Below are positions 1-11,024 of a DNA stretch of 64,000 nt, in pieces. The DNA comes from an uncultured archaeon (lineage in GTDB: Archaea > Asgardarchaeota > Thorarchaeia > Thorarchaeales > Thorarchaeaceae): the NCBI GenBank assembly GCA_964610875.1, contig CAZSWP010000003.1, forward strand, positions 80,113 to 144,112. Direction: 5' to 3'. The position numbers and the translations under genes are program-made. Numbering within the stretch: the stretch's first letter is position 1; every line of letters begins with the position of its first letter. The notes under the pieces were generated by a model. It ran no database searches, was not told the origin of the DNA, and saw nothing but the letters and a program-made list of their open reading frames with translations.

Positions 1-1012
1 TTTTGGGTTTTTCAGATTTTTTAACTACAAAATAGCTTAGAGAATATACTTCAATTTCAAGTTCAATAGAAGAGTTGTGGAATCTATCTGTTCCTGCATA
101 TTCAACCGTGATTGAGTGTACACCGAGTTCGATTTCGTTGTCGATTCGAAAAGTTATGTTTGCATTCCCTAGATTATCTGTTTTGAAATTTGAATGAAAA
201 ATATCGTCAATATATAATGAAAGATTCTTTTCTGACATATAGTCATCTTCAATTATCCCAGTAACAATAAATGAGAGATAAGAATCAATTAGCAAAGTCG
301 TATTTGGTTTTTGATTCATTGAAAGGTGCGTATCAATCTTGCTAATGTTTAATTCGATATTCCTATCGACTCCACGATAGTATTGTTCAAAATTGCCAGC
401 ATATATTATTTCCAATTGATTAATTCCCAAGTCAATCCAACTGGAATTACATTCTATATGGAAAATGGAATTTCCACTCGCGTTTGTATATTGGGTTGAC
501 AGACATAGTCCCTTTGAGTATACCGAGATTTTTGCAAATGGTATTGGTTCAAAATGATCATCAGTCAATTCTAAGAAAATATCAAAAGTATCGCCAGGTG
601 CAAGATTGGAATTGTTATGTGAGATATTCATAGTTGCTGATGATAGAACATAAATTTCTTGACACTTGTAAATGGGTGCTAATGCAAGTGATTCGTTTCC
701 TCTGAATGTAGCATTAAGTATGGTAGTTCCAAGTGGATGAGAGTAGTCGAATACGATGTCTAACGATGCAATTCCTTGTTGATTAGTCTTAGCGGCCCCA
801 AGATAAGTATCATAAGTTTCATCATAGAATTCGATTGGTTGGTCTGGTATTGGATTTCCATAAGTGCCATATTCCAGAAGAGTGGCTGACATTGAGAATT
901 CTTCCCCGCGTGATACTATTGTTTGTTCTTGAGCATTCACATTAGGTGATTGAACTATTATCATAACGAATACAAATAGTAGAATTGGTGCTATGAACTT
1001 CCAATTTGTCAA
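1..1012 (-). CDS. Secreted/surface protein with Ig-like (Big-type) beta-sandwich repeats, runs off the left edge
   Basis: Not in the ORF track. Manual translation from TTG at 1012, with GTGAGG SD-like site upstream: MTNWKFIAPILLFVFVMIIVQSPNVNAQEQTIVSRGEEFSMSATLLEYGTYGNPIPDQPIEFYD...KTNQQGIASLDI...LGTTILNATFRGN. Signal peptide plus repeated T-N-x-x-G / Y-x-G patterns; same frame is open at the window edge. Confidence 0.75.
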   Translation of the reverse strand, partial: MTNWKFIAPILLFVFVMIIVQSPNVNAQEQTIVSRGEEFSMSATLLEYGTYGNPIPDQPIEFYDETYDTYLGAAKTNQQGIASLDIVFDYSHPLGTTILNATFRGNESLALAPIYKCQEIYVLSSATMNISHNNSNLAPGDTFDIFLELTDDHFEPIPFAKISVYSKGLCLSTQYTNASGNSIFHIECNSSWIDLGINQLEIIYAGNFEQYYRGVDRNIELNISKIDTHLSMNQKPNTTLLIDSYLSFIVTGIIEDDYMSEKNLSLYIDDIFHSNFKTDNLGNANITFRIDNEIELGVHSITVEYAGTDRFHNSSIELEIEVYSLSYFVVKKSEKPK

Positions 1013-1229
1013 ATGAATAATCCTCACTTGTTTTCTCAGACTAACTGATATTTGTCAATCAAACTTTCAATATCGTTTCAAAGGTTATAATCTCGTACAA
1101 AGATTCGTTCTGCAAGATTAATTGATGGTTTTTGGGGGCAGTTCATATGCTATGAATCAGAATAGAACAGTGTGATTGATGTTAATAATAGATATGATTG
1201 TTGCAGACCTATGATAGTGTGGTGAAATT

Positions 1230-4200
1230 ATGGCTGTTGGTAGAATTGATGGTTTAAAGCAAATGAGATCCAGAGTAGATACTATATTTCCTAACATCGC
1301 CTGGAAAACATGGCTTTTTGGCACAGCCTTTTCTTTTTTATATATTCAAATTGTATACATTTTACCACTTTTTGGATTAGTGGAACCAATGATAATACCC
1401 GGACGAATTATTTTCGAATGTGTTCTGTGTCTGTTATCACTTACCTTTGGTGCAATGGTCGCATATCAAGGATTCAGAGGGCAAATTCCAAGTCCTCAAA
1501 TAGAACATGAATTACTCATATTACATCACGGAAACAAAATTTCTGCAATCTCCTGTCTTGAGCTGGTTACAGTGTCTGGATCGGTTATAACTAGTGAAGA
1601 AGGCATTGCACAATACAATACTGCTATGTTACTAGCTATTAGAGGTGGCGCCAATTCAAGTGTCAGTTTTGCCTATGAAGCAGGCGTGAAAGATGGAGAT
1701 GTCTTTCTGAGAATTTTCATAACAACCACAGCAGGGACATCTACAGAAGCCTCGGAAATAATACAGCGAGAAGCAACTAGAATTGAAGCAGTATTGCTTT
1801 CATCTCTGACAAATATAGAGATTGAAAAACTAACTGGTGCTTCACTCCTTAGTGCTTCAAATTCTATGTTGTTGAAAACGGACCATGATGTTGAGTCTAC
1901 TAAAATTGAGGACCAAAAATTGATTTTGGTCCGTGGAATACCTAAATCTCGCCCTTCTCTCGAGTCCTCTCAGATTGGTACATTCATTTCAACATTATTG
2001 AAACAGAGTTTTTCGGTCAGTTTCACATGTGTGTTTTCGCCAACCAAAGGTAATAGAGAACAAAGAAAGATGGAGAGAGAATGGCAATCAATTCGTTCTA
2101 AGGAAAAGAGAATGGAAGATTCACTTTCTGACCAAGCTAGTAAAAAGAAATTACTCACCGAATATGAAAGAATTCAAGGATCTGGTGGTTGGTTCAAGGT
2201 TTCAGTATATATTCTTATCAAGGATTCTAATCAATCAAATATACCGGTAATTAATGAAGCTGTGAAAGCTATTGTACTCTCAATTTGGGATGATGACTCA
2301 TCACTTTCTTTCAAAGAGTTAGGTTTGAATTCCAGTAGAATTTTCGAATTTACATGTCGCAGACATATAAAATCTCAAAAAATGCATGTAAGTAGATTAG
2401 TATCATATGTCAATACACCAGTACAACGACTACCAGTAATATCTGCACTTGAAATTCCGAAATTTGTTGTACCATCTTCAGATTTGCTCGATAATGAAAT
2501 AGACATTGGTTGGACTGTATTTGAAGGTAAGAAGCTAAATCGTGTTGGATTGAAAAGCAATTGGTTCAGAGAGCATGTTGCAGTTATAGGGGCAACAGGT
2601 ACGGGTAAAACAACATTGGTAAAAAGAATGATTTTGGAGTTGAGTTCAAAATCAAATGTGCCTTGGTGGATATTTGATGTCAAGGGGTCTGAATATTCAG
2701 AGATTGAGAGAATAGGAGAGGTGGTAGTTCTTAGACCAGGATTGGACCGTTCATTTGTGATTAATCTTCTTGATAATAGTGTTTCAACTTCTGGTCAGAT
2801 TCATGGAACGTTTGCACTTTTGAGGGAGCTAATCAATGAAAGTAGTTCGTCTGAGATGTCTCCTGCAATGGAGAAACTATTGCGGCAGTCTGTGTATGAA
2901 CTCGCAAATCAAGATGATGACTGTTCGGTCCAGAAACTTATTGCAATTATTCACCAGATTACAGAAAAGGACCAGAATATGACAATGACTAGAGATGGTC
3001 TATTAAATCGTCTTGAAGTTCTTGTACGTGAACCGTTAGGTACAGTCCTGAGTGGTGGAGATGATGCCATAAGGATAGCAGATTTGTTAGATAGAAGAGT
3101 TGTTTTTGATCTTCGTCATGTATCACGTATTGGAGGAATGGACTCTGTTAGGCTTTTGTACAATTTGGTTGCAAAAAGAATCTTTGAAGCGGCAATGAGA
3201 AGAGGTATAAAGAGTGGATTACATCACGTTGTGGTACTAGAAGAAGCAAATAATTTAGTCCCAGAGAGTTATTCTCGAAGTTCTGCCGCCGAGATTACTA
3301 CTGGCGAATCTATGGTGATGTTACAAAGAGCAACAGGCCAAGGTGTTATCATTGTTTCAACGAGACCAAATATATCATCAAATATTCTTGCGAATACATC
3401 TACAAAGTTCACGTTTCGGCTTCCTTATGATAGTTCTATTGGAGGAAGATATCTTTCTTTAAATGAAACTCAGGAAAAGTATCTTCGTACTCTAAAGCGG
3501 GGACATGCACTAACAATAGTGCCTATGTCTGAGGCTTTTGAAGTTGTTACTGATGTGTTTGATATCAATGACTATATTCCAATTAACAAAGAAGGAGAGC
3601 ACGTTAGACCTGATAGTGGTGTGATTGAGAAAACTCCTTCCGAAAAGGACGAAAATGAGGACAAGTCATCAAAAGAGAAACCTGTTTTCTTCCATCGATT
3701 GGGAGAGCTGACTAACCACATTGTTGCCTATTTGGCATCTAGGGAGATAACTACTCACGAGAATCTTTACAAATACCTATCCACCCTTGATTCAAGAATG
3801 AGGGAAGAAGACATGAGTGAAATAATCAGAGATTTGGTTTCACTCTCCACCGTCCAAAGGGAAGCAATACCCCTCTCTTCAGGAGGATTTGTATATAGTC
3901 TACCGGGCAAGGGGCTTGAAGCAGTAAAGAAGGTGATTATTGATTTCATACTTGAACATGTACAGGATAAAAATCCTGAAACCCAAGTGGAAGTATGTGA
4001 AGAAAAGGTTGACATTCTAGTAGATGATTATGCTTTTTTAGTGATTCCGCAGCATCTCAAAGCTTCAACAATGAAAGAAGTTGTGGACGATATTAGAGAT
4101 AAAATGAACAGTTTAGGAAATGCAGTAAATGGTCTGACAATTGTCGTTAGAGGGAGTGTTGCTGCAGCCAAGTTGAGAGAGCTTTTTGATATCCATGAAG

Positions 4201-4958
4201 AATTCAATGAAGTAGATGTGGTGTCAGCATTTCCTAATTCTTTGATAAAAATTATTGATAGATATATCGGAAAACAGACGAAACAGAAAAAGCTTCAAGG
4301 TGTCATCACGGATTTCTCTGAATCTAAAGATGATATTGATCTTATTGGAGCGGTACATTCAGTTGGGCCTGTAACAAGCAGAGAGGTTCAGCTCAAGCTT
4401 TGGTTTGGGTTGATACAGGATTTTGTCGATATTTCAAAGGGTATCGTTGCTTGGAATTCACTTCTTGAATTCATTGAAACAACAGCATCTCAATCTCTTA
4501 AAGGTCGAGCTGCACCTATGAAAGCAGAAGAGGGAAGAAGAGCTCTTACAGAATTACTTGCTGATGAAGTATTAGTAGCAATAAGAAACGGGTCTGATGG
4601 CGAACTTGGTGAGCTTGATAGCGGTCTTTGGGTCGTTAATACTACTGTGTTAGGCAAATTGAAAAATAATGTAATTGATAAACTGGAGAGAAAACTACTG
4701 AACCGAGAGAAAGCGGTTTACAAAGATCATGAATATTATGACCTTTGTTCTGGTTCGACATCTTATGTCGTTTTTCCTAATCAACAACAGCTTAGCACTT
4801 TACTTCGTTTACATAGCGATGTTGCATGTAGGAAATGTGGTTCGACCGAGGTTATTTGTTTACTCACAGCAGCCGAGTATGTTGATGATTCTGTGACAAC
4901 ACCTTCTAATTTGACGGTGTTCACCCTCGATGATGGACTTGTTGCTACAGTTGTTTGA
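1230..4958 (+). CDS. Large membrane-anchored HerA/FtsK/VirB4-superfamily ATPase (DUF87-like) with long C-terminal extension
   Basis: Two N-terminal TM segments; [15 protein letters not shown] Walker [17 protein letters not shown] Walker B, STRP and [13 protein letters not shown] motifs typical of the HerA clade. Confidence 0.85.
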   Translation: MAVGRIDGLKQMRSRVDTIFPNIAWKTWLFGTAFSFLYIQIVYILPLFGLVEPMIIPGRIIFECVLCLLSLTFGAMVAYQGFRGQIPSPQIEHELLILHHGNKISAISCLELVTVSGSVITSEEGIAQYNTAMLLAIRGGANSSVSFAYEAGVKDGDVFLRIFITTTAGTSTEASEIIQREATRIEAVLLSSLTNIEIEKLTGASLLSASNSMLLKTDHDVESTKIEDQKLILVRGIPKSRPSLESSQIGTFISTLLKQSFSVSFTCVFSPTKGNREQRKMEREWQSIRSKEKRMEDSLSDQASKKKLLTEYERIQGSGGWFKVSVYILIKDSNQSNIPVINEAVKAIVLSIWDDDSSLSFKELGLNSSRIFEFTCRRHIKSQKMHVSRLVSYVNTPVQRLPVISALEIPKFVVPSSDLLDNEIDIGWTVFEGKKLNRVGLKSNWFREHVAVIGATGTGKTTLVKRMILELSSKSNVPWWIFDVKGSEYSEIERIGEVVVLRPGLDRSFVINLLDNSVSTSGQIHGTFALLRELINESSSSEMSPAMEKLLRQSVYELANQDDDCSVQKLIAIIHQITEKDQNMTMTRDGLLNRLEVLVREPLGTVLSGGDDAIRIADLLDRRVVFDLRHVSRIGGMDSVRLLYNLVAKRIFEAAMRRGIKSGLHHVVVLEEANNLVPESYSRSSAAEITTGESMVMLQRATGQGVIIVSTRPNISSNILANTSTKFTFRLPYDSSIGGRYLSLNETQEKYLRTLKRGHALTIVPMSEAFEVVTDVFDINDYIPINKEGEHVRPDSGVIEKTPSEKDENEDKSSKEKPVFFHRLGELTNHIVAYLASREITTHENLYKYLSTLDSRMREEDMSEIIRDLVSLSTVQREAIPLSSGGFVYSLPGKGLEAVKKVIIDFILEHVQDKNPETQVEVCEEKVDILVDDYAFLVIPQHLKASTMKEVVDDIRDKMNSLGNAVNGLTIVVRGSVAAAKLRELFDIHEEFNEVDVVSAFPNSLIKIIDRYIGKQTKQKKLQGVITDFSESKDDIDLIGAVHSVGPVTSREVQLKLWFGLIQDFVDISKGIVAWNSLLEFIETTASQSLKGRAAPMKAEEGRRALTELLADEVLVAIRNGSDGELGELDSGLWVVNTTVLGKLKNNVIDKLERKLLNREKAVYKDHEYYDLCSGSTSYVVFPNQQQLSTLLRLHSDVACRKCGSTEVICLLTAAEYVDDSVTTPSNLTVFTLDDGLVATVV

Positions 4959-5055
4959 CGGAAATAATGATTCCTTTTCCACACACAAGACAAGCTTTTT
5001 ATCCATACTAATTCCGGTTCGGTTGGACATCTCCTACATGGAGCTGGATTTCAAA

Positions 5056-5367
5056 ATGACCCAAAGAGCAAGAATCCGTCTATCAAGTACAAGTACTGAA
5101 CACCTTGATGGAGTATGTAATCAGATTAGGAGAATTACACGAAAGACTGGTGTAAGGATGTCAGGCCCAATCCCATTGCCAACAAGAAGAATGGTCGTTC
5201 CCACTCGAAAGACTCCTTGTGGTGATGGTTCACAGACTTGGGATAAGTGGGAGATGCGTATACACAAACGCCTTATTGACATTGATGCTGATGAGCGTGC
5301 TATAAGACAAATTATGAGAGTTAGAATTCCTGATTCTGTTTATATTGAGATTGAATTAACAGGATAA
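5056..5367 (+). CDS. rps10: 30S ribosomal protein uS10
   Basis: [11 protein letters not shown]...SGPIPLPT...[26 protein letters not shown]; start moved to ATG 5056. Confidence 0.97.
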   Translation: MTQRARIRLSSTSTEHLDGVCNQIRRITRKTGVRMSGPIPLPTRRMVVPTRKTPCGDGSQTWDKWEMRIHKRLIDIDADERAIRQIMRVRIPDSVYIEIELTG

Positions 5368-5455
5368 TTGATTGTAATATAGCACAAACTCTTTGTGGGT
5401 ACTAGTATATGGACTTTCATCACTTATTTGTCTATATCCATGGAGATGAGCCATC

Positions 5456-7279
5456 ATGTGTGGTATAATTGGTGTAATTCAGAAGAAAGGGTTTGTTGCA
5501 CCTTTTATTCATCAAGCTCTGAGAAGACTGGAATATAGAGGATATGATTCAGTAGGAGTAACAACTATTCATGATGGAAAATTGCACATGAAGAAGGACA
5601 AAGGAAAGATTGATGATGTCCATAGAAAGCTGAATCTTGATGATCTTCCAGGAAATATTGGGATTGGACACACTCGTTGGGCAACTCATGGTATCCCTTC
5701 AATGTTTAATTCGCATCCACACTTTGACTGTAAAAACAGGATAGCAGTTGTGCATAACGGAGTTATTGATAATTTTCTTGAATTGAGAAAGGAGCTAATG
5801 AAAAGAGGACATAAATTCGGCTCGGAAACGGACACGGAAGTAATTCCTCACATGATTGAGGAATATATGGCAGAAGGAATGAGTCTGAAGAAGTCTCTAA
5901 AGAAAGTTTCACAGCGCATAGAGGGTACATATGCAGTTGTAGCGATGGCTATTGATGAACCTAATAAAATAGTAGTGACGCGTGATGGTAATCCTTTGGT
6001 CATTGGAAGAAGAGATGATGCTGCTTATGTTTCCTCAGATATCCCTGCATTTCTGCCGATGACGAATGACATGATGCTTCTGTTAGATGGTGAAGTTGCT
6101 ACGTTGTCTCTAGAAGGTATTACGATTGAAAAGCTGACAGATGGTTCTCATGTTGATAGAGAAACAATAAAGATAAGTTGGACAGCAGATCAGGCACAGA
6201 AAGCTGGATATCCTCATTTTATGTTAAAGGAGATACATGAGCAGCCTGATGCTATTAGAAATACATTACATCTAAGACCGGAAATCATCTCGAAAGCTGC
6301 TGAGATAATATCAAACGCAGAGAGAGTCTTTATGTTGGCAATGGGAACATCGGGACATGCTGCCTTAGCAGGAAAACATATGCTCGCATCAATTGGTGGT
6401 GTACTACCCTCTGTAGAACTTGCCAGTGATTTTGAAGATACCGTATATGGAACCTTAGGAAATGACGATGTTATTATTGCTATAACACAATCAGGTGAAA
6501 CAACTGATACTATTACAGCTGTAAAACATGCGAAAAAGAGTGGAGTAAAAGTAGTTGTAGTGACGAATGTTGTTGGCAGTTCGATAACACGTATTGCAGA
6601 TCATGCAATAATAACACAGGCGGGACCGGAAATTGGAGTGGCAGCAACAAAGACTTTCATGGTTCAATTGACATCATTGGCCCAGATTGCATTGTCATTG
6701 GGTGAGATAAATTCATTTAGGGATCTTGAAACTCTTAGGGCTAAAAGAATCGCCTTGGAAAAATTACCAGACATTGTATCCGAAGTCATTGCAACTGAAG
6801 AAGAACGTGCAAGGGGCATTGCTTCTCTTTACTATGACAGTCCTAGTATGTTATTTCTTGGAAGAGGAATTTCGGTAGCAACGGCATATGAAGGAGCACT
6901 GAAGCTGAAAGAGATTGCATATAATCATGCAGAGGGATATTCTGCTGGTGAATCAAAACATGGTCCAATTGCTCTTGTACAGGATGACTACCCAGTGATT
7001 TTTGTTGCTCCGAATGATAGAACAAGAGCTCGTTTGATAGGTAATATAATGGAGATGAAGGCGAGAGGAGCTGAAATTATTTCGGTTATAGAAAGAGAGG
7101 ATAATGAGATAAGAGAGTTATCAAGTCAGAGTTTTCTGATTCCCCCAAATATTGAATCAGAGTTTTCAGTGATGCCTTATGTAGTGCCTCTTCAATTATT
7201 CAGTTACTATATGGCGACTCGGAAAGGCTACGATCCAGATAAACCTCGTAATCTTGCTAAGTCCGTAACGGTCCTATAG
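5456..7279 (+). CDS. glmS: Glutamine-fructose-6-phosphate transaminase (isomerizing)
   Basis: N-terminal MCGI, GHTRWATHG, SETDTEV, GESKHGP, C-terminal PRNLAKSVTV. Confidence 0.97.
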   Translation: MCGIIGVIQKKGFVAPFIHQALRRLEYRGYDSVGVTTIHDGKLHMKKDKGKIDDVHRKLNLDDLPGNIGIGHTRWATHGIPSMFNSHPHFDCKNRIAVVHNGVIDNFLELRKELMKRGHKFGSETDTEVIPHMIEEYMAEGMSLKKSLKKVSQRIEGTYAVVAMAIDEPNKIVVTRDGNPLVIGRRDDAAYVSSDIPAFLPMTNDMMLLLDGEVATLSLEGITIEKLTDGSHVDRETIKISWTADQAQKAGYPHFMLKEIHEQPDAIRNTLHLRPEIISKAAEIISNAERVFMLAMGTSGHAALAGKHMLASIGGVLPSVELASDFEDTVYGTLGNDDVIIAITQSGETTDTITAVKHAKKSGVKVVVVTNVVGSSITRIADHAIITQAGPEIGVAATKTFMVQLTSLAQIALSLGEINSFRDLETLRAKRIALEKLPDIVSEVIATEEERARGIASLYYDSPSMLFLGRGISVATAYEGALKLKEIAYNHAEGYSAGESKHGPIALVQDDYPVIFVAPNDRTRARLIGNIMEMKARGAEIISVIEREDNEIRELSSQSFLIPPNIESEFSVMPYVVPLQLFSYYMATRKGYDPDKPRNLAKSVTVL

Positions 7280-7323
7280 GGGGTTTAAATTCTATAACAC
7301 TGACAAATGTCTGTGTGAGACCA

Positions 7324-7578
7324 ATGTCCAATATCGTAATGTTAAGTCCGTTATCAGACTTTGCAGATCTTATATCAGGATATTTTCTTGAAATATGGGA
7401 TTTTTTAATGTTCATTGGCAGAGTATCAGCGGCAATTGTTGTATTAGTAGGAGCCATACTCTGGTTCACTGATGTTAATACAAAGAGAGGGAAAGCACTT
7501 GTCTTTAGTGGAATAATGCTGGCAATTGTTGTTCAATATTTCTTTATGTATCCACCATCATTTTTGATGGGAGGGTAA
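7324..7578 (+). CDS. Small 2-TM membrane protein, VirB2/TrbC-pilin-like topology
   Basis: Amphipathic helix, then two hydrophobic helices separated by the basic loop TDVNTKRGK; start uncertain (7315, 7324 or 7339). Confidence 0.6.
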   Translation: MSNIVMLSPLSDFADLISGYFLEIWDFLMFIGRVSAAIVVLVGAILWFTDVNTKRGKALVFSGIMLAIVVQYFFMYPPSFLMGG

Positions 7579-7598
7579 TTAAGGAATAGCCTGACGAG

Positions 7599-8804
7599 TC
7601 ATAACAAATCTGTTGATATTACTTGTAATACATTAGTTAGACGGTTAATATCTTCTAACGTATTGTATACATGAATAGAGATTTGAACAAGTCCATCTGG
7701 TGATAAGGGAACTATTAATGGATGTGCGCAAAGGAGACCACTTCTCACAGCTATATTTGATTCGTCTAGGAATAGAGCGATATCATGACAATTGATTCCA
7801 TCTTCATTATTTCCAATATTGATTCCAAAGATTGTTGATTTTTCTGTAGGGTTGCCATAGATTTGTAGATTTGGAATATTTTGGAGGCGGCTTAGAAGAT
7901 GCTTTGCCAAGTACTGTAGATGCTGTTTCATTCCACCTGCGACAAGCATCGAATGATATTCTAATGCTGCACCAAGGCCAATAATTCCTGGAATGTTCAA
8001 TACTCCAGATTCGAATTTATCAGGTTGTAAAGAAAGTTCAAATTCATTTGCTAATACTTTAGATACAGAAGAGCTTCCGATAATTCCTGGATTGATTGCA
8101 TCACCCGTTGTTTGTTCCACCCATTGGACGGCAATTCCAGGAGGACCCATTAGTCCAATGTTTCCTGAAAACATGAGAACGTCAGGTCCTATTTTGGTTG
8201 GTATGTTATCACAAAAGGCAATTGATTGACGAATGTCAGATAGATAGATTGCCTCATAATCATGTGTTATGGATGCAATTTGATCAATCTCATTTCTTCC
8301 TCCAATCATTGTGGTTTCAGAAACTGCAACAAGGCCTGTTTTATCGTTTATCATATCTTGGATTGCAATTGGACTAGTTTCTCCTTTGCTATCTACAGGG
8401 ATTGTTATCAATTCAAGTCCTAAGATTTGTGCGATTCTCTGAAGTGTTACAAGAACTGAATGTTCTTCTCCCAAAGATACAATGATGTTCTTCTTATCTT
8501 TCCAGTCCATTCCCAGAACAAATGAGACCACCGCAGACGGAATCGAATTTTGAAACGATATCTGTGAAGTTGATGTGTCTAGATAATTTGCCAGCAATTT
8601 TCGAACATCTTCAACTAGAGATCCACCCTTTACAGCAAGATGATGTGCGCCTCTTCTTGCTGATGCTACTGTATTTTTCAGGAATTCAGATGTTGCATTG
8701 ATAACAGCTTTTGGAAGAAGTGTTGTACTTGCCGAGTCAAAATATGCTAAGTCCGGTTCTATGTCAAATATTGGAAAATCCTGTTTGACCTCTAGAGTTG
8801 TCAT
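7599..8804 (-). CDS. Class V aminotransferase / SufS-like cysteine desulfurase homolog lacking the PLP lysine
   Basis: YFDSASTT, KFESGVLNIPGIIGLGAAL, IAVRSGLLCAHP; the usual SGHK reads SGNI. Confidence 0.85.
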   Translation of the reverse strand: MTTLEVKQDFPIFDIEPDLAYFDSASTTLLPKAVINATSEFLKNTVASARRGAHHLAVKGGSLVEDVRKLLANYLDTSTSQISFQNSIPSAVVSFVLGMDWKDKKNIIVSLGEEHSVLVTLQRIAQILGLELITIPVDSKGETSPIAIQDMINDKTGLVAVSETTMIGGRNEIDQIASITHDYEAIYLSDIRQSIAFCDNIPTKIGPDVLMFSGNIGLMGPPGIAVQWVEQTTGDAINPGIIGSSSVSKVLANEFELSLQPDKFESGVLNIPGIIGLGAALEYHSMLVAGGMKQHLQYLAKHLLSRLQNIPNLQIYGNPTEKSTIFGINIGNNEDGINCHDIALFLDESNIAVRSGLLCAHPLIVPLSPDGLVQISIHVYNTLEDINRLTNVLQVISTDLL

Positions 8805-8869
8805 GATATTACTTGACCAAATGTTAGGGCTTTAATTGTAACGTTGTATTCTATGGATTGTAAAGAAAA

Positions 8870-9892
8870 ATGAATCTGAATGAAGGATATTTCATCATTA
8901 CAACAGAGGATCTGATATTTGAAGTAAAAGGGAACCTCCATCCCAAGAATCGTACAATTGCATATCTTCGATATGCAATAGAAAAGAATGGTGAAAGAGA
9001 GTCTGGAACAGAAATTAGGTATAAGAAAATCTATCCTTTATCAGAACGAGAAACGTATTTGAAAAAATACTATCCAAAGTATATCTGGTATGACCCAAAT
9101 CGAAAGCGTACTTTTCAATCAATTAATGATAAAGATATAAAAATCGTAATAGACCCGGTCGACTTCTTATCAAGTCTGAGAGATAGAGGAAGTCATATTT
9201 TGCTATTACAAGAACAAGCCCTTGAATTGGCAGATACTCTTTCTAAGTGTGCGAGTATCGATATCTCTTGTTTTGGGATTACTGGCTCATTGCTTTTAGG
9301 GTTGGAGAAAGAAACATCTGATATTGATCTTGTCGTATATGGAGAGGATGAGAGTTTCAAGCTGTATAGTTATCTCCAACAGCACTTTGATGATATTGAT
9401 GGTATATCGCGGTATTCAGGAAATTTGCTTGAGAAACATGCCATATTTCGTTGGGGACCTGAAAAAGGACTGATGAAAGAGTATCAGGCTATCGAGGCAA
9501 GGAAAAATCTACAAGGCCTCTTTAGAGATTATGAATTCTTCATTCGTTTAACAAAGCCTTATTGTTCAAATAGTCCACAGTACGAGGATTACAAGATTAT
9601 AGACAAAGGCAAGATAATGCTTACTGCTTATGTACTAGATGATATTCACAGGATATTTACACCCTGTGAATACTATGTGAAGTGTGAAGAAAATCGGTAT
9701 TTGAAGAAAATCATTAGCTATAGAGGAAGATTCACCGAACAGGTAAGTAAAGGGGACACTATTGTAGTATGTGGGAGATTAGAAGAGGTTTCTGTGAAAT
9801 CTCAAAATCTATTTTATCACCAGATTGTTGTTGGAGATTGTGACGATATATTGTTAGAATTTTCAGATTATGAAAGAGTCAAAGGAACTTGA
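8870..9892 (+). CDS. Archaeal Pol-beta-superfamily nucleotidyltransferase with C-terminal OB-like domain (COG1665-like)
   Basis: GITGSLLLGLEKETSDIDLVVYG (GS...DxD), N-terminal VKGNLHP..RTIAYLRY, C-terminal SYRGRFTEQ. Confidence 0.8.
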   Translation: MNLNEGYFIITTEDLIFEVKGNLHPKNRTIAYLRYAIEKNGERESGTEIRYKKIYPLSERETYLKKYYPKYIWYDPNRKRTFQSINDKDIKIVIDPVDFLSSLRDRGSHILLLQEQALELADTLSKCASIDISCFGITGSLLLGLEKETSDIDLVVYGEDESFKLYSYLQQHFDDIDGISRYSGNLLEKHAIFRWGPEKGLMKEYQAIEARKNLQGLFRDYEFFIRLTKPYCSNSPQYEDYKIIDKGKIMLTAYVLDDIHRIFTPCEYYVKCEENRYLKKIISYRGRFTEQVSKGDTIVVCGRLEEVSVKSQNLFYHQIVVGDCDDILLEFSDYERVKGT

Positions 9893-10049
9893 TTAGGTGT
9901 GTTTTCCTATTCACTCTATATACAGCTTTCACAAACATGAGTTGTGAATGGCGCCAATATTGCGAATAATCATGATGAAAATTGGCTTATAATGGCTCTA
10001 TTTATCCAAAACAGGTATTATAATTGCTATTACATATGTGAACAAAGAC

Positions 10050-10070
10050 ACCCCTTCGTTTCCAGTGGAG
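10050..10070 (-). promoter_or_regulatory. ORB (Orc1/Cdc6 origin recognition box)
   Basis: Minus strand reads CTCCACTGGAAACGAAGGGGT: TCCA-x-TGGA dyad plus G-string, in a 470-bp intergenic region. Confidence 0.75.
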
Positions 10071-10363
10071 ATAGGATTGAAGACTTATCGCATTCCTTTT
10101 CACCTGTTCACAAAGCATATAGTTTAGTGAATGTTGAAGTAAATGGAAATGAAATCTTATTTTGGATAATAAAGTGTAATAGATATTATTTGAAAAAATA
10201 AAGTTCTTATAGTCCTTAATTGATGATTTTAAAGCTCTTGTTTCGTTTCATACTGTTTCAACGTGCTATCTCACTCTTATCTGGATATATGTGATTCACA
10301 TACTCACACTTATTTGTGAAATAAAGCTATATTTTTGTGAATAGTGAACGGTGGGCGAATAGA

Positions 10364-10990
10364 ATGCCTCAATCAAAAAAGACCAATTATGTGTATGAGT
10401 TTACCTACAATTCGGGACCAGGTATGAAAGAGGTATTCCAATGTAAGTATGTAACTCCTGAAGAAGCATTGACACGCTTCAAAAGAATTCTTGCTCTTAC
10501 AGAGTCACCTTTTGACTTCAAGATTCTTCTTATGGATGAATCCACAGGAGAAGAATCAAGCTTCCAAGTCAAGGGTGATATTTCTGAGATGTTCGATAAG
10601 TTCCAGGTATTTCTTGAAACAAGCACAGGTTATCAGTTCACAGAACGGATTGTAGAAGGTACTGAGATAAATTATGAAGAAATAGATTTGGAAGCAATGA
10701 GTAACTACGAAAAGATGCAATCAATCATTTATGCTTCGTTCAAACATGGAAAATTCTCATCCCTTGATGTAACTGAAATCTATGAGTCGACATTCAATGA
10801 GGATTTACCAAAGAGTACTGCTTCTACATATCTAGCACGGATGTGGGATGACAATAAAGGCCATCTTGAAAGATTTGGAAAACGTTCTGGATATACATAT
10901 CGATTGAAGACCGAGCTCGAAGAGGTCCACAGGGAGATAGAAAGAGCAGAAGAAGTCCTTGCGTCCATCCAGCTACGAGTAGGAAAATAG
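10364..10990 (+). CDS. Conserved archaeal protein with C-terminal winged-helix domain
   Basis: FSSLDVTEIYESTFNEDLPKSTASTYLARM...LERFGKRSGYTYRL wHTH pattern; ATG 10364. Confidence 0.75.
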   Translation: MPQSKKTNYVYEFTYNSGPGMKEVFQCKYVTPEEALTRFKRILALTESPFDFKILLMDESTGEESSFQVKGDISEMFDKFQVFLETSTGYQFTERIVEGTEINYEEIDLEAMSNYEKMQSIIYASFKHGKFSSLDVTEIYESTFNEDLPKSTASTYLARMWDDNKGHLERFGKRSGYTYRLKTELEEVHREIERAEEVLASIQLRVGK

Positions 10991-11024
10991 CAGATGTCTG
11001 CAAAGTCTTCTTTTCAATCCGACT

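Noticed and set aside
5056-5367. rps10 separated from EF-1alpha, and stand-alone atpD at 25661
   Set aside because: Operon break-up of this kind is common in archaea and not notable alone.
9944-10201. 85-aa ORF, and the short ORFs at 14186-14529
   Set aside because: No protein-like features; they overlie ORB-containing non-coding DNA.
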